Source: a bacterium
GTDB taxonomy: Bacteria > UBA8248
Assembly (NCBI GenBank): GCA_965213685.1
Contig: CBDBZY010000016.1
Coordinates: 462,800 to 526,799, forward strand
Direction: 5' to 3'
Length of the DNA stretch: 64,000 bases
The notes below the pieces were generated by a model. It was not told where the DNA came from and searched no databases. It worked only from the letters and a program-made list of their open reading frames with translations. This document shows positions 1-11,267 of this stretch, one piece after another (positions within the stretch are counted from its first letter, which is position 1; every line of letters begins with the position of its first letter). A program made the translations under genes and the position numbers.

Positions 1-1373
1 GGATAGTCAGTATTCCCTATGAATATGCAGTCAGTGAAAACTGGATTTGTAATGGCGCCTGTCCAATCTACTGACCGCTCTGATAAGTCCATTGCACTAC
101 CAACTCTGCCAAGGTTGTATAGCCATGAACAGTTGTAGAACAGTAATCTGTTGGTAGCCAGGCTCCTGCTTCTCTCTCTGGCTGTGTCGAAGTATACCCC
201 TCCCCCCCAGTACGCCCAGTTGTGTTGGAAAGTGCAGTTTTGAAAGAGCATGTTATTGAGGCTCATACGGGAATCGTTACTGAAATGGAACCCAAGTTTC
301 ATTCCTCCACCACCTGTAGCTTGGCCAGTTGTTGCAGTAGCGTTGTAGAGGTATGCAGTGTTGTTATATATTATACAGGAGTCCATTGTGAATGTGCTGT
401 TCCAACTCAGATGCTGGAACTCTACAAACACTCCTCCTCCCCACTCCGCCTCATTGTTCTCAAACACACACCTTTCCACTGCCACTGAGCTGTTCTCAAC
501 TTCACTGAAGAACACACTCAGGCCTCCTCCGTGACCGAATGTCAGGTGGTTCGTGTCCTGGGGCAGGAGGTAGATGTACTCCACTGGGTGCCACATGTGC
601 CCACGATTGCCCCCAAACACACACTCACTGATCCTGTACTCCACTCCTGTGCTGTACTGTGGGGGGATGGAGGTGTTGCCTGCGTCACAGTCGCTAGGGA
701 GTTGGGGGTCACAGAAGGGAAATTCGATGTATAGACCCCCTCCACTAGGAACCATTTCATTGTTGGGGGGTCTGTTATAGAGGAAACTGCAGTTGTGGAT
801 GTAGTTGAGTCCACCAGTAGCATACACGGCCATTCCTGTCCCTGTGCTGTTGGTGACACTCACTCCAGTCAGGTTGATGTGCTGACAGAACAGGAAGTAC
901 ACGCCCACAGGAAACTGCATGAAGGAGAAGCTGTGGTCACTGAAGTTACGGCTCGTGCTGTTCTGCAGAGCCCCACAGCCAGAGAAGTGCACATTCTGGA
1001 TAGTGATGCCACTGGACTGGACAAAGCTGAGGCCTGCCCCAGATTCACACGTCACTGTCACCACAGGTCGGGATAACCAATTTACAAATGGGTCAACACC
1101 AGTCAGGGCTATACTAGTTAATCCAGATAAGCTAATCATGTGGTTCAGTGAGTAGTCTCCACTACTCACCTCCACCTGAGTGGAGTTTAGCACTCGCTCA
1201 CTCACAGCATAGGAGAAGGTACGACAAGGGTGGGTGTGGCTTCCACAAGTGACATTGTCACTGGCATTGGGGTTGCTACAGTCCACATACACTGTGTGGT
1301 CATAGTGAGCAAAGGAGAGGGCACTATGCAGCACAGCTGCCACCAGCAGCCAGAACAACCTCTCAGATGTCAT
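1..1373 (-). CDS. Pmp-like beta-helix multi-pass membrane protein, paralog 1 (5' part only; runs off the window start)
   Basis: ATG at 1373 reads MTSERLFWLLVAAVLHSALSFA and is nearly identical to paralogs 2-4 down to position 1 (..GAITNPVFTDCIFIGNTDY). Not in the ORF track, consistent with its stop lying outside the window. Confidence 0.9.
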   Translation of the reverse strand, partial: MTSERLFWLLVAAVLHSALSFAHYDHTVYVDCSNPNASDNVTCGSHTHPCRTFSYAVSERVLNSTQVEVSSGDYSLNHMISLSGLTSIALTGVDPFVNWLSRPVVTVTCESGAGLSFVQSSGITIQNVHFSGCGALQNSTSRNFSDHSFSFMQFPVGVYFLFCQHINLTGVSVTNSTGTGMAVYATGGLNYIHNCSFLYNRPPNNEMVPSGGGLYIEFPFCDPQLPSDCDAGNTSIPPQYSTGVEYRISECVFGGNRGHMWHPVEYIYLLPQDTNHLTFGHGGGLSVFFSEVENSSVAVERCVFENNEAEWGGGVFVEFQHLSWNSTFTMDSCIIYNNTAYLYNATATTGQATGGGGMKLGFHFSNDSRMSLNNMLFQNCTFQHNWAYWGGGVYFDTARERSRSLATNRLLFYNCSWLYNLGRVGSAMDLSERSVDWTGAITNPVFTDCIFIGNTDY

Positions 1374-1889
1374 CACGCTCTTTTTCAATCTAGCAGGACA
1401 ACAAGAGTAGGGCTGATATATGCAATACATTAGCCACTGTATGTGTAAAGCTATATGCACACGTATTACTGCTAATGTCACACTCTCTGAATACAGCGAA
1501 AACAGAACTGTTCTCTTCATAGACGATTGTTGTGTGAGTTGCACCTGTGTAGCAGTGCCCATGGTTCCCTCCCACGTGCTACACAATCACAACACTTTCT
1601 TTCTCATGTGGCCCACAGCACAGCTCAAAATAGCTGTATTATTTGTATTATATGTTGCCCTGCAACTTGTATGGCAAAGGCCTTTGTTAAAGGAACAATG
1701 TCAGTTGCTGTAAATAACATAGTCCGTATGTATAATACCTAAAAGTGCATGGTTTGCTATACGTGACGTATGCTACTTTGTTCTGGGCTAATGCTCACCT
1801 GCTGTGTGTTGAAACGCTCCCTTTTCACGCTGCGTATACACACGTACTGCAGCTTGTAAACTAGCTACTCAGTCCAGTTGAGCCTTATA

Positions 1890-2635
1890 GGTATTTCCCA
1901 CAGAAAGGTGTGAAGGAATGTTAATTAGAAATTTAGTTCCGCTTAACTGCGGAAGCGGATGTGCCACGCCCCTTGGAGGGCTATCGCGAGCCTTAGTAAC
2001 GTTGTGATGTTGGCCTGTGTAGCAAAAACTTTATTCGCGGTGCGAAAATGAGCGACTCTCTCCTTAGTTTGACTACAACGGTGAAAGCTTGCAAGCTCTC
2101 TACGTTGGGGCTTAAAGAAAAACGACGATCCCTACGCTGCACACCACCGTGCCACTGACTTCGTGAATCAGTGACATGTCGATGTGGCCCAACACGCAGG
2201 GAGGCAGAGGTGAGAGTGCTTCGAGTCAGCGGTACTAGCCGTCTTCTGACAGCAAGAGTTAACTTTGAATGCTCACTACATTCATAGATACCTTACGTTC
2301 CGTAAGGTATAGTACCTATGCTACAATTCCGGAGGCTTCCGAGCCCGGCCAGTCCTACCTGCTCATTGCAGCTCCTCGACTTATCAGAGAGCAAACTCCA
2401 GCCGAACTTGTTATGGCAGCCTACAACACAGCAGTTGTTCACCATGACAGCTTAGTCGCGAAAACCCTGTGTACAGCGTTCGCCAGCGCGGCACTCGCAC
2501 TTGACCCGTCCCTATCGAATCGTGTTACTAAGGCTTGGCGGTGGCCCTCCAAGGGGCGTGGCACATCCGCTTCCGCCTTTAACCGGAACTACATTTTTAA
2601 TTAACATTCCTTCACACCTTGTCGTGGGAAATACC
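1890..2635. mobile_element. Non-autonomous DNA transposon A (long imperfect TIRs, TATA TSD)
   Basis: Starts GGTATTTCCCAC...GCGGATGTGCCACGCCCCTTGGAGGG and ends CCCTCCAAGGGGCGTGGCACATCCGC...GTGGGAAATACC (>100 bp TIR). TATA lies at 1886-1889 and 2636-2639. The empty site is visible upstream of paralogs 2 and 3 (gagccc-TATA-aaatttcagtc). Confidence 0.85.
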
Positions 2636-2639
2636 TATA

Positions 2640-3819
2640 GAGGCCTTGCACCGGAAGTAAATTTGGGGGTGTGTCCGTAGCAACCGTTGCTATCCGCCAT
2701 CTTTGGGGGCATCTGCTGTACATCGAATAGTGCGTACGTAGAACGAACTGCCGTGCTCTCATCCGTCCTCCTATTCTGAAGGAAGATACAAAGCAAAGTT
2801 GCCCTTGCAGGACCTAAGAGAGATCGATGTAGTACTTAGTAGCGAACTTAGATGCCTGACTGGAGCTATATGATAGTAGCCGTGAGTTCATATATCTAAG
2901 CCTGGAGGCATCACTGATGTACACACCATCAACGAATAGAGAAAATTGACGTAGAGAAACTCCAAATGAGAATCTACATTGGTATGCTCGATGGTGATAG
3001 CCTCCCTGAACAGGTTCATAGCAAGTTGAAGCCGAGTTTAGCCTGCCTGAACTTGATTCACCCTTACATGTATGTGAGGATAGGGTGTAAACTCAGCTGC
3101 TGTGCTTCACTATCTAAATTCCCCCTCAGCATCACATATTAGGTGAGCATAGATATTAGAGACTGTAAGCTTACCTCCATGGCTGGCACACAGATAGCAT
3201 TATAGCAAGTAGTTTAGCATTTGACATGCACATAAATTGCACAGAGATGTGCACATCATCGTCAGCATGGGAAAGATCAGTCGAGTCTCACACTAGTTGC
3301 ACTTGTAACCATGTTGAACCATAAATTTATGACCAGATTTACTTTGGAGTGAAATGAATGATTGCACTTTCCATGATAAAATAACATCTCAGACCATAGA
3401 TATTATACACGGAACTATAACGTATAATATCTATGCTCAGACTCACTCACTCCATGTTAACTAAACCCCTAACATCATACAGTATCCTGTACTCGCATAA
3501 CAGACGCAGGTATGGGTGTCAACATAATACATATCGAGCAAGAAGCGTTCTGAACAACTGCGAGATGACTACTCAAAACGGCATACGATAATCCTTGCTA
3601 CGGTCCTCGCCAGACGCCGCTTGAGCTATGAATCTTTAGTTTATGCTGCACGGCAGGTAGAGAGAGGAGATCAACGGTCTTGTCCCTTCCTGAACTCTTG
3701 GCGTAGCTCGAAACACAGCGTGTACTCTACAAAGTCGCCTACAAAGGAACTGCCGCTTGCCCCCAAAGATGGCGGCTTCCGGTGTATCACATGACCTCTG
3801 ACGTCTCGTGCAAGGCCTC
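2640..3819. mobile_element. Non-autonomous DNA transposon B (GAG..CTC termini, TATA TSD; Sola-like by termini)
   Basis: TIR GAGGCCTTGCAC / GTGCAAGGCCTC, subterminal inverted CCGCCATCTTTGGGGGCA, flanked by TATA at 2636-2639 and 3820-3823. No transposase ORF; the superfamily call is an inference. Confidence 0.75.
3395..3435. mobile_element. 41-bp P-like mini-element or excision footprint nested in element B
   Basis: 14-bp perfect inverted repeat CATAGATATTATAC/GTATAATATCTATG with a 13-bp spacer, flanked by the 7-bp direct repeat CTCAGAC (3388-3394, 3436-3442). Confidence 0.65.
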
Positions 3820-3941
3820 TATAAAATTTCAGTCGTGAACTCCGAAGATTCACATGCCAATCACCCTCTCAGTACCGGCAGGACAAGTAGCTTTTGCACC
3901 ATCCTAGCCTCGTTCCCAGGCTCTTGCGTACAAGGCTAGTA

Positions 3942-4190
3942 CCACCCATGCGCAGCTATAGTGGCGGTGTCTACCGTTCTCTGCGCCACCCATGCGCAGC
4001 TAGTTGTGTGTCTACCGTTCTCAGCGCCACCCATGCGCAGTTAGTGGCGGTGTCTACCGTTCTCTGCGCCACCCATGCGCAGCTAGTGGCGGTGTCTACC
4101 GTTCTCTGCGCCACCTATGCGCAGCTAGTGGCGGTGTCTACCGTTCTCAGCGCCACCCATGCGCAGCTAGTGGCTGTCTACTGTTCTCTA
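3942..4190. repeat. 42-bp minisatellite, about 5.5 copies
   Basis: Unit GCCACCCATGCGCAGCTAGTGGCGGTGTCTACCGTTCTCTGC; it produces the ATHAQLVAVSTVLC repeat in ORF 3894..4229. Confidence 0.9.
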
Positions 4191-4543
4191 GGATGTGTAT
4201 TCAAAAACTTACCTAACAAAAGCGGCTGAGTGCCTCCTCGCAAGTAGTTAGTCTCGTGAGTCTCTCTTGAGCGCTGCCAGAAATACTTCACTAAGACACT
4301 CGCTGGGTGCTGCAATGGCTACATGTATAAACTGAACTTCCGCGGTGGTTTATAGCAGCGCACAAACAATTATAATTATGGCGGAAACAGTATTGTTTTC
4401 ACCACGCTGTTCATTGGCTATTGTAATGGTTCGCGTATAAACCCGCGCGTGACGGCTACACTTCCTTATCGTGTGGCTCACAGCACAGCACAATTGTGAA
4501 ATAGTAGGAAACGGAACAAACGGACCGGAATAGTGAGCACATG

Positions 4544-4975
4544 CAAAGTCAAAGTCAAAGTTCATCATTAATGCTTTCCAAGGGGTTCCAAGGGGCACAA
4601 ACACGCATACACAAAAGTACTACACAAGCAGGGTAATAAACTCAAAAAAGGAGATAAAAGTGAGCAATATCTGAAAAAATATCATTACAAATAGAATGAA
4701 GAGTGGACTCAGGTGTGGAGTGTTCAGGGATCCACAGCAGCCTGTAGTGTGCACTGATGACATGCTCTAGGAGAGGGACTTCACAGCTGTCACAGTAGGG
4801 GCAAGGCTTCTTCCCTCTTCCATGGTGCTCATTAGCCTTGTGAGGGCTTGCACACATTTGGTGTATCTGCCACCACACTCAAGGGCACTATCCCAAATCC
4901 TAGGCCACCTTGACCTCTCTGCTACGGCTGCAATCATATAGGCTTTTTCCTTGCATTTCTCAACTGACAACATAT
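4544..4975 (-). mobile_element. 5'-truncated non-LTR retrotransposon (LINE) 3' fragment
   Basis: Frameshifted peptide ..WPRIWDSALE../..HHGRGKKPCPYC..LLEHVISAH resembles an ORF2 C-terminal zinc knuckle, followed by a (CTTTGA)n tail at 4544-4560. Confidence 0.55.
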
Positions 4976-5399
4976 AGCCCTAGCCCTAGCCCATCCCCTT
5001 CCCTCTCCTGCCCTCCCCTCCCCTCCCCTCCCCTCCCCTCCCCCTCTCTTGTTCTAGTTTTATTAAAAAACAGGATTACATGCATTTTTACAGCTTTACA
5101 CAAAGGGCTAAGAAACCTACCACAAATCAAGGCAGTCTCATTGATCATATATACACAAGGAACATCTCAGTACAGCTACATGTAGAAGTATCACCTCAGA
5201 AATATAATTACACTATATCAGCTCAGTGTTAGATGTTTGAGTAGGAACAGAAGCTCGCTTGGGCTTGAGCAGCCCAAGAACTTACACTTCTCCAATAGGT
5301 GCACACCCAAGAACTAGCTAGGCTTACCGCTTTGGCTGGACACATGTGAGCCGAAAAGCTCCCAACCGCGTATGTGACACCAGATCGTACTGTTTGTAC

Positions 5400-5781
<382 letters not shown>

Positions 5782-5983
5782 GTAATCTCTAGCACCTAAA
5801 TGGGTGTCTCCTTTGTTTAACCTATACCAAGTGATGAGATTATGTACCAATAGGTCACAGTTCATTGAACCTACTGTATGCAAAATTTCTATATTTTATG
5901 CACTAACAAAAATATTATACTTGCAGAAGAGTGTATTGTGTACATATTGCACACACAGTCTAGTAACAGCTTAACTATCACTG

Positions 5984-8900
5984 CTATTGGTTCCATATGT
6001 TTGGCTGGTTGACTGTCCATATATAGGACTGGTTTGGTGTTGGTGGTTTTCTCTGAACCAGAGGAGACTGGTCTGAGCTCCCTCTTGTGCTGGTCTTGGT
6101 GACACTCTGCTGTGTTGAAGAGCGTGCATAGCTCTGTGAGCTGCTCTGAGCTTCTTCACTTGAGTTGGTGCTGGTGGTGGAGTTAGTGTGCTTGGGTCGG
6201 TAGCGATTCCTCTCGCGGTCCCTCCCAAAAGCTTCCACGCCCTCCACAAAGAGTCGGTATTCCTCATCAGCAGATGACAAAGGAGGGGCTTCAGATGTCT
6301 CCTCATCTGTGTCTTTAGGAAAGGGTACCAGTGGTGACCTCTCAGATGCATTGATACCTATACATCGAGACAGACATGACCTAAAAGACAGTTTGCTGTT
6401 CTTGGCTATTCGGTATATTACATAACAGATCATGTAGAAGAGAGGACAGAAGATGAGGATATACTGAAGTGCAAAGGCCCAACTAGATAGTGGAATGCCT
6501 ATTGCTGTGTAATGGATGTTGTTCATACTGAGAACATTGATCAGTGCAAGGATTCCAAGAATTGTGGCATCAACATTATTGTAGAAGTCTTTCTTGTATG
6601 GTCTGATGACAGCAAATAGGAGAATTCCAACTGTGCACACCAACTGCTGGACAACATATTGCTGAAAATATGTGGAAGTATAGATATAGGAAGTGAATAT
6701 TACTGTGCGCAGAAGGAAATAGAGCCCGGCAAAGTATCGGCAATCTCTTGTTCCATTTGTTCCATCTTTAAAGCAACCTTGGAATGTATCGAGAAACACC
6801 TGCATACGTCCACCAGCTTGGAAAAACTGACCACAACAACCAAGCCTTCTAGTCAGACTCTCTACTAACTTCAGTGGGTAGACGAAGAGGATCAGAGGTG
6901 GGAGTAGTACGAATGTGATCATCACAAACATGGCCATTATGAAGTATGGGATGTGCTCCTTGCCAAGGTATTCTGTGCCTCCTTGAAAATAGAGATGATT
7001 ACCTGCTCTTGGTCCTGTGGAGTCCTGCACAGTTGTAGGAGTGAGCAGGTAGGTAGAAATCACAGTGAACTTGGTATATGAAAGGACAAGAAATGTGGAA
7101 AAAGCATCAATGGTGGACCTATTCAAGTTCCAGCGTCGTTGGAACGAGCCAAAAATACGATGCACTGGTTTACAGAGACAGAAGATTGGCTGTATGCCAC
7201 GTTCATACAGTGACACTGTGCAGTAGAACACCAGTATCAGAAGCAGAGGATAAACAGCAAGGACATACTGTAGAGACAGCATTCCTAGGGTGTCTACATC
7301 AGGGCTGATGCAGAAAGGTGGCATAACAGAAGTGAAAAAGTTCAGATTCCAAATGTCGTATGGTACTTCATAGATCTTTTGCAGAGAATTGGCACTGCTA
7401 GTGACGTTTCTTATAGGGACAGTCTTATCTCCATCTATATCGAATGTTGTTGTTAGAAGTTGAGCAAAAAAGATGAAGCCATTTGCGCTGCCTCTAGTAA
7501 CACTGATGTGGAAGAGGACAACAATGAAGAAGAATATAGTGATAGGGAGGATCTCTAACAGCAGGTAATAGACCCAGTGGTACAGGGCCTGCTTGTGAGT
7601 GCACTTCACACAGTCAAAGGTATTTGAGTTGATGGCAGGGGCATACCCCTTAACACACTGTCCACAAAACATTCCTGTCCTGTTAGCAGGATGGCAGAGC
7701 ACTTGATCTAGCTCAGAACTTTTGTTGGGCAGCTTCATGTACTCCTCCTCCATATGCACAGCAGTGTAGGGACACAGCCCCACAACAAGCTGGCCTGATG
7801 ACTTGTCTATCCCCATCCACTGCCCTCTCCTCAGTTTCACTGAGAAATCCGCCTGATTGCACCTTACCACTCCACCATAGTTACCAGTACACACACACTG
7901 TGTGTTGTTGTGTGTGTCATTCTGAGGGGAAAATCCCGGGGGGCAGGGAAGAATTTCTACTACAATTTCAGTGTAGAGCACTCGAGGATTGATTGTTTCT
8001 ATTGCTAGCAGAGCAGTTGAGTTTGGTTCTCCAGTTAGCTCAACAGTATTGTCTGAAACATAGGTATAGGCACTTGGAATCTGCGCAGTGTCTGGAGAGT
8101 GTGACCACAAGTTGAACACAGCATGAGCAGTTTGGTTTTTCATTCTGTCACCCAAAACCTCAACAGGCATCAACTGTCTCTTCCCCAGTATGACCTCCAT
8201 GTGGTAGGATGAATCATTCCCTGTGTTACTGAAGGCAGCCGGAGCGCTGGATATATCGTCTGAACAGTTACCTCCATCATATTCCCATGCACTGCTCCAA
8301 CAAAACACTTCCTTGCTGGGGTCGGGAACATTTTTCTTGGACATTGGGGTATAGTATGCCCAAAAACAAGGTACAAGAGATGTGCTATATATTGCATTCC
8401 CACCATCGCTGTACAGAGCAGTATTCCCCCTGAAGTAGAAAGTGGCTGTCCAGTTCCACGGCTGTAGTAGAGGGTCACTGTACTGGATGAAGCACGTGCC
8501 AAACAGTATTAACATATGCTGCCCAACAATGTAGGAGTATATGGCACCACCATACTGGCTGGCTTTGTTGTCAATGAATATCATTTGTGTGTAGTTGTAA
8601 ACACGAATGTAGGAGGAGCTATAGAGGGCAATGGCACCGCCAGTCCTGCCCTGGTTTCCAGTGAAGTTAGCGATGCAGTAATCTAAGAAATGCATACCGC
8701 TGTCAACAACAGCCAAAGCCGATCTGTTGTTGTTTTCAAAATGGACACTATTATTAAAATGTAGAGGAAGTTTCTGTGTGTTAACTGTGCCAACGCCTAT
8801 GGGTTCCCCGAGTATGGGCACCACACTGGGATAGTCAGTATTCCCTATGAATATGCAGTCAGTGAAAAGGGGAATTGTGATGGCACCTGTCCAACCTAAT

Positions 8901-10198
8901 GACCACTCTGATAAATGCACAGCACTTCCTACTCTACCCAGATTATGCAGCCACAAACAATTGTGAAACAGCAATCTGTTGGTAGCCAGGCTCCTGCTTC
9001 TCTCTCTGGCTGTATTGAAATATACCCCTCCCCCCCAGTACGCCCAGTTGTGTTGGAAAGTGCAGTTTTCAAAGAGCATGCTATTGAGGCCCATACGAGA
9101 ATCATTAGTAAATTTGTATGAGAGTTTCATTCCTCCACCGCCTGTAGTTTGGCCAGTTGTTGCACTAGCGTTGTGGAGGTATGCAGTGTTGTTATAAACC
9201 CTACAAGAGTCCATTATGAACGTGTTGTTCCAACTCAACTGCTGGAACTCTACAAACACTCCTCCTCCCCACTCTGCCTCATTGTTCTCAAACATACACC
9301 TTTCCACTGCCACTGAGCTGTTCTCAACTTCACTGAAGAACACACTCAGGCCTCCTCCGTGACCGAATGTCAGGTGGTTCGTGTCCTGGGGCAGGAGGTA
9401 GATGTACTCCACTGGGTGCCACATGTGCCCACGATTGCCCCCAAACACACACTCACTGATCCTGTACTCCACTCCTGTGCTGTACTGTGGGGGGATGGAG
9501 GTGTTGCCTGCGTCACAGTCGCTAGGGAGTTGGGGGTCACAGAAGGGAAATTCGATGTATAGACCCCCTCCACTGGGAACCATTTCATTGTTGGGGGGTC
9601 TGTTATAGAGGAAACTGCAGTTGTGGATGTAGTTGAGTCCACCAGTAGCATACACGGCCATTCCTGTCCCTGTGCTGTTGGTGACACTTACTCCAGTCAG
9701 GTTGATGTGCTGACAGAACAGGAAGTACACGCCCACAGGAAACTGCATGAAGGAGAAGCTGTGGTCACTGAAGTTACGGCTCGTGCTGTTCTGCAGAGCC
9801 CCACAGCCAGAGAAGTGTACATTCTGGATAGTGATGTCACTGGACTGGACAAAGCTGAGGCCTGCCCCAGATTCACACGTCACTGTCACCACAGGTTGGG
9901 ATAACCAATTTACAAATGGGTCACCAGTCAGGGCTATATTGGTAAATCCAGATAAGCTAATCATGTGGTTCAGTGAGTAGTCTCCACTACTCACCTCCAC
10001 CTGAGTGGAGTTTAGCACTCGCTCACTCACAGCATAGGAGAAGGTACAACAAGGGTGGGTGTGGCTTCCACAAGTGGCATTGTCAGTGGCATTGGTGTTG
10101 CTACAGTCCACATACACTGTGTGGTCATAGTGAGCAAAGGAGAGGGCACTATGAAGCACAGCTGCCACCAGCAGCCAGAACAACCTCTCAGATGTCAT
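5984..10198 (-). CDS. Pmp-like beta-helix multi-pass membrane protein, paralog 2 (frameshifted extreme C-terminus)
   Basis: Intronless ORF with ATG at 10198. Signal peptide; VYVD..CGS...PCxTF start motif; repeated FxxN..GGA/GGG motifs; CPPGF and CGxCxxGY Cys-rich stalk; about 9 hydrophobic segments; Ser/Thr-rich tail. Confidence 0.9.
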   Translation of the reverse strand: MTSERLFWLLVAAVLHSALSFAHYDHTVYVDCSNTNATDNATCGSHTHPCCTFSYAVSERVLNSTQVEVSSGDYSLNHMISLSGFTNIALTGDPFVNWLSQPVVTVTCESGAGLSFVQSSDITIQNVHFSGCGALQNSTSRNFSDHSFSFMQFPVGVYFLFCQHINLTGVSVTNSTGTGMAVYATGGLNYIHNCSFLYNRPPNNEMVPSGGGLYIEFPFCDPQLPSDCDAGNTSIPPQYSTGVEYRISECVFGGNRGHMWHPVEYIYLLPQDTNHLTFGHGGGLSVFFSEVENSSVAVERCMFENNEAEWGGGVFVEFQQLSWNNTFIMDSCRVYNNTAYLHNASATTGQTTGGGGMKLSYKFTNDSRMGLNSMLFENCTFQHNWAYWGGGVYFNTARERSRSLATNRLLFHNCLWLHNLGRVGSAVHLSEWSLGWTGAITIPLFTDCIFIGNTDYPSVVPILGEPIGVGTVNTQKLPLHFNNSVHFENNNRSALAVVDSGMHFLDYCIANFTGNQGRTGGAIALYSSSYIRVYNYTQMIFIDNKASQYGGAIYSYIVGQHMLILFGTCFIQYSDPLLQPWNWTATFYFRGNTALYSDGGNAIYSTSLVPCFWAYYTPMSKKNVPDPSKEVFCWSSAWEYDGGNCSDDISSAPAAFSNTGNDSSYHMEVILGKRQLMPVEVLGDRMKNQTAHAVFNLWSHSPDTAQIPSAYTYVSDNTVELTGEPNSTALLAIETINPRVLYTEIVVEILPCPPGFSPQNDTHNNTQCVCTGNYGGVVRCNQADFSVKLRRGQWMGIDKSSGQLVVGLCPYTAVHMEEEYMKLPNKSSELDQVLCHPANRTGMFCGQCVKGYAPAINSNTFDCVKCTHKQALYHWVYYLLLEILPITIFFFIVVLFHISVTRGSANGFIFFAQLLTTTFDIDGDKTVPIRNVTSSANSLQKIYEVPYDIWNLNFFTSVMPPFCISPDVDTLGMLSLQYVLAVYPLLLILVFYCTVSLYERGIQPIFCLCKPVHRIFGSFQRRWNLNRSTIDAFSTFLVLSYTKFTVISTYLLTPTTVQDSTGPRAGNHLYFQGGTEYLGKEHIPYFIMAMFVMITFVLLPPLILFVYPLKLVESLTRRLGCCGQFFQAGGRMQVFLDTFQGCFKDGTNGTRDCRYFAGLYFLLRTVIFTSYIYTSTYFQQYVVQQLVCTVGILLFAVIRPYKKDFYNNVDATILGILALINVLSMNNIHYTAIGIPLSSWAFALQYILIFCPLFYMICYVIYRIAKNSKLSFRSCLSRCIGINASERSPLVPFPKDTDEETSEAPPLSSADEEYRLFVEGVEAFGRDRERNRYRPKHTNSTTSTNSSEEAQSSSQSYARSSTQQSVTKTSTRGSSDQSPLVQRKPPTPNQSYIWTVNQPNIWNQ

Positions 10199-11267
10199 CA
10201 CGCTCTTCTTCAATCTAGCAGGACAACAAGAGGAGGCTGATATACAATACAGTAATTAGCCACCCTATGTGTAAGGCTCCATGCACACTCTGCTAATGTC
10301 ACACTCAACACAGTAAAAACAGAACTGTTCTCTTTAGTGTTATGTGAGTTGTACCTGTGTAGCAGTGCCCATGGTTCCCTCCATGTGCTACACAATCACA
10401 ACACTTCCTTATCATGTGGCCCACAGCACAGCCCAAAACAGCTGTGATGATATGTATTACCATGCACGGATAGTTTACTATCCCATGGTATTACATGGCG
10501 TAAAGGTATTTGCTAAAGAAACAATGCCATTTTTGCTGTGAATACCATAGTCCGTATGTAAAGTGCATGGTTTGCTATACGTGACGTATGCTACTTTGTT
10601 CTGGGCTCACCTGCTGTGTGTTGAAACGCTCCCTTTTCACGTTACGTACACACGTACTGCAGCTTGTAAACTAGCTACTCAGTCCAGTTGAGCCCTATAA
10701 AATTTCAGTCGCGAGAACAAGAAGTTATTGTACATGTCACAAGTAGAACATACAAAACATGGAGTACGCAGCGACGTTGAGTATGCATGCGATGAGAGGC
10801 TGCAACGCGTAGAGTCTACATGTACTTTGCTTACCTACCAAGTACGACTCGTTTATGCTGAGCCTCTTTCACTGTGCAAATTCTGGCCCTCTTGAAGCAC
10901 TGGTATGCGTTTGCAAGTTGAATGGTGCGCCTAGAAGTAGCACACCGCCATACCATACCGCACCCTTTTGGTTGGAATTGGAATCGGAAACAAACGGAAG
11001 TGATTCCGGAATATTGAGCACAGTGCGCGCGCGATGCACGCTAGTGGCATGCGGTACTAGCTACAGTGGCAACTGCTATAAAGTACCCTTTGTTTAGCCT
11101 ACCAAGTGATGAGATTCTGCACCAATAGCTATAGGTTACAGTTCATTGAACCTACTGTATGCATTATGTGCACACTTTTTATATGCACTAACAAAAATGA
11201 TAGAAATACAATCAAACCTGCAGAAGAGTGTATTGTGTACATATTGCACACACAGTCTAGTAACAGC

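Noticed and set aside
222-1433. Short ORFs recurring almost identically in each paralog (MSPTAQ.., MTECQV.., MKEKLW..)
   Set aside because: They are shadow frames of near-identical duplicated DNA, not independent conservation.
3942-4190. Regular repeats resembling a CRISPR array
   Set aside because: Head-to-tail units without unique spacers, no cas genes, and a eukaryotic context.
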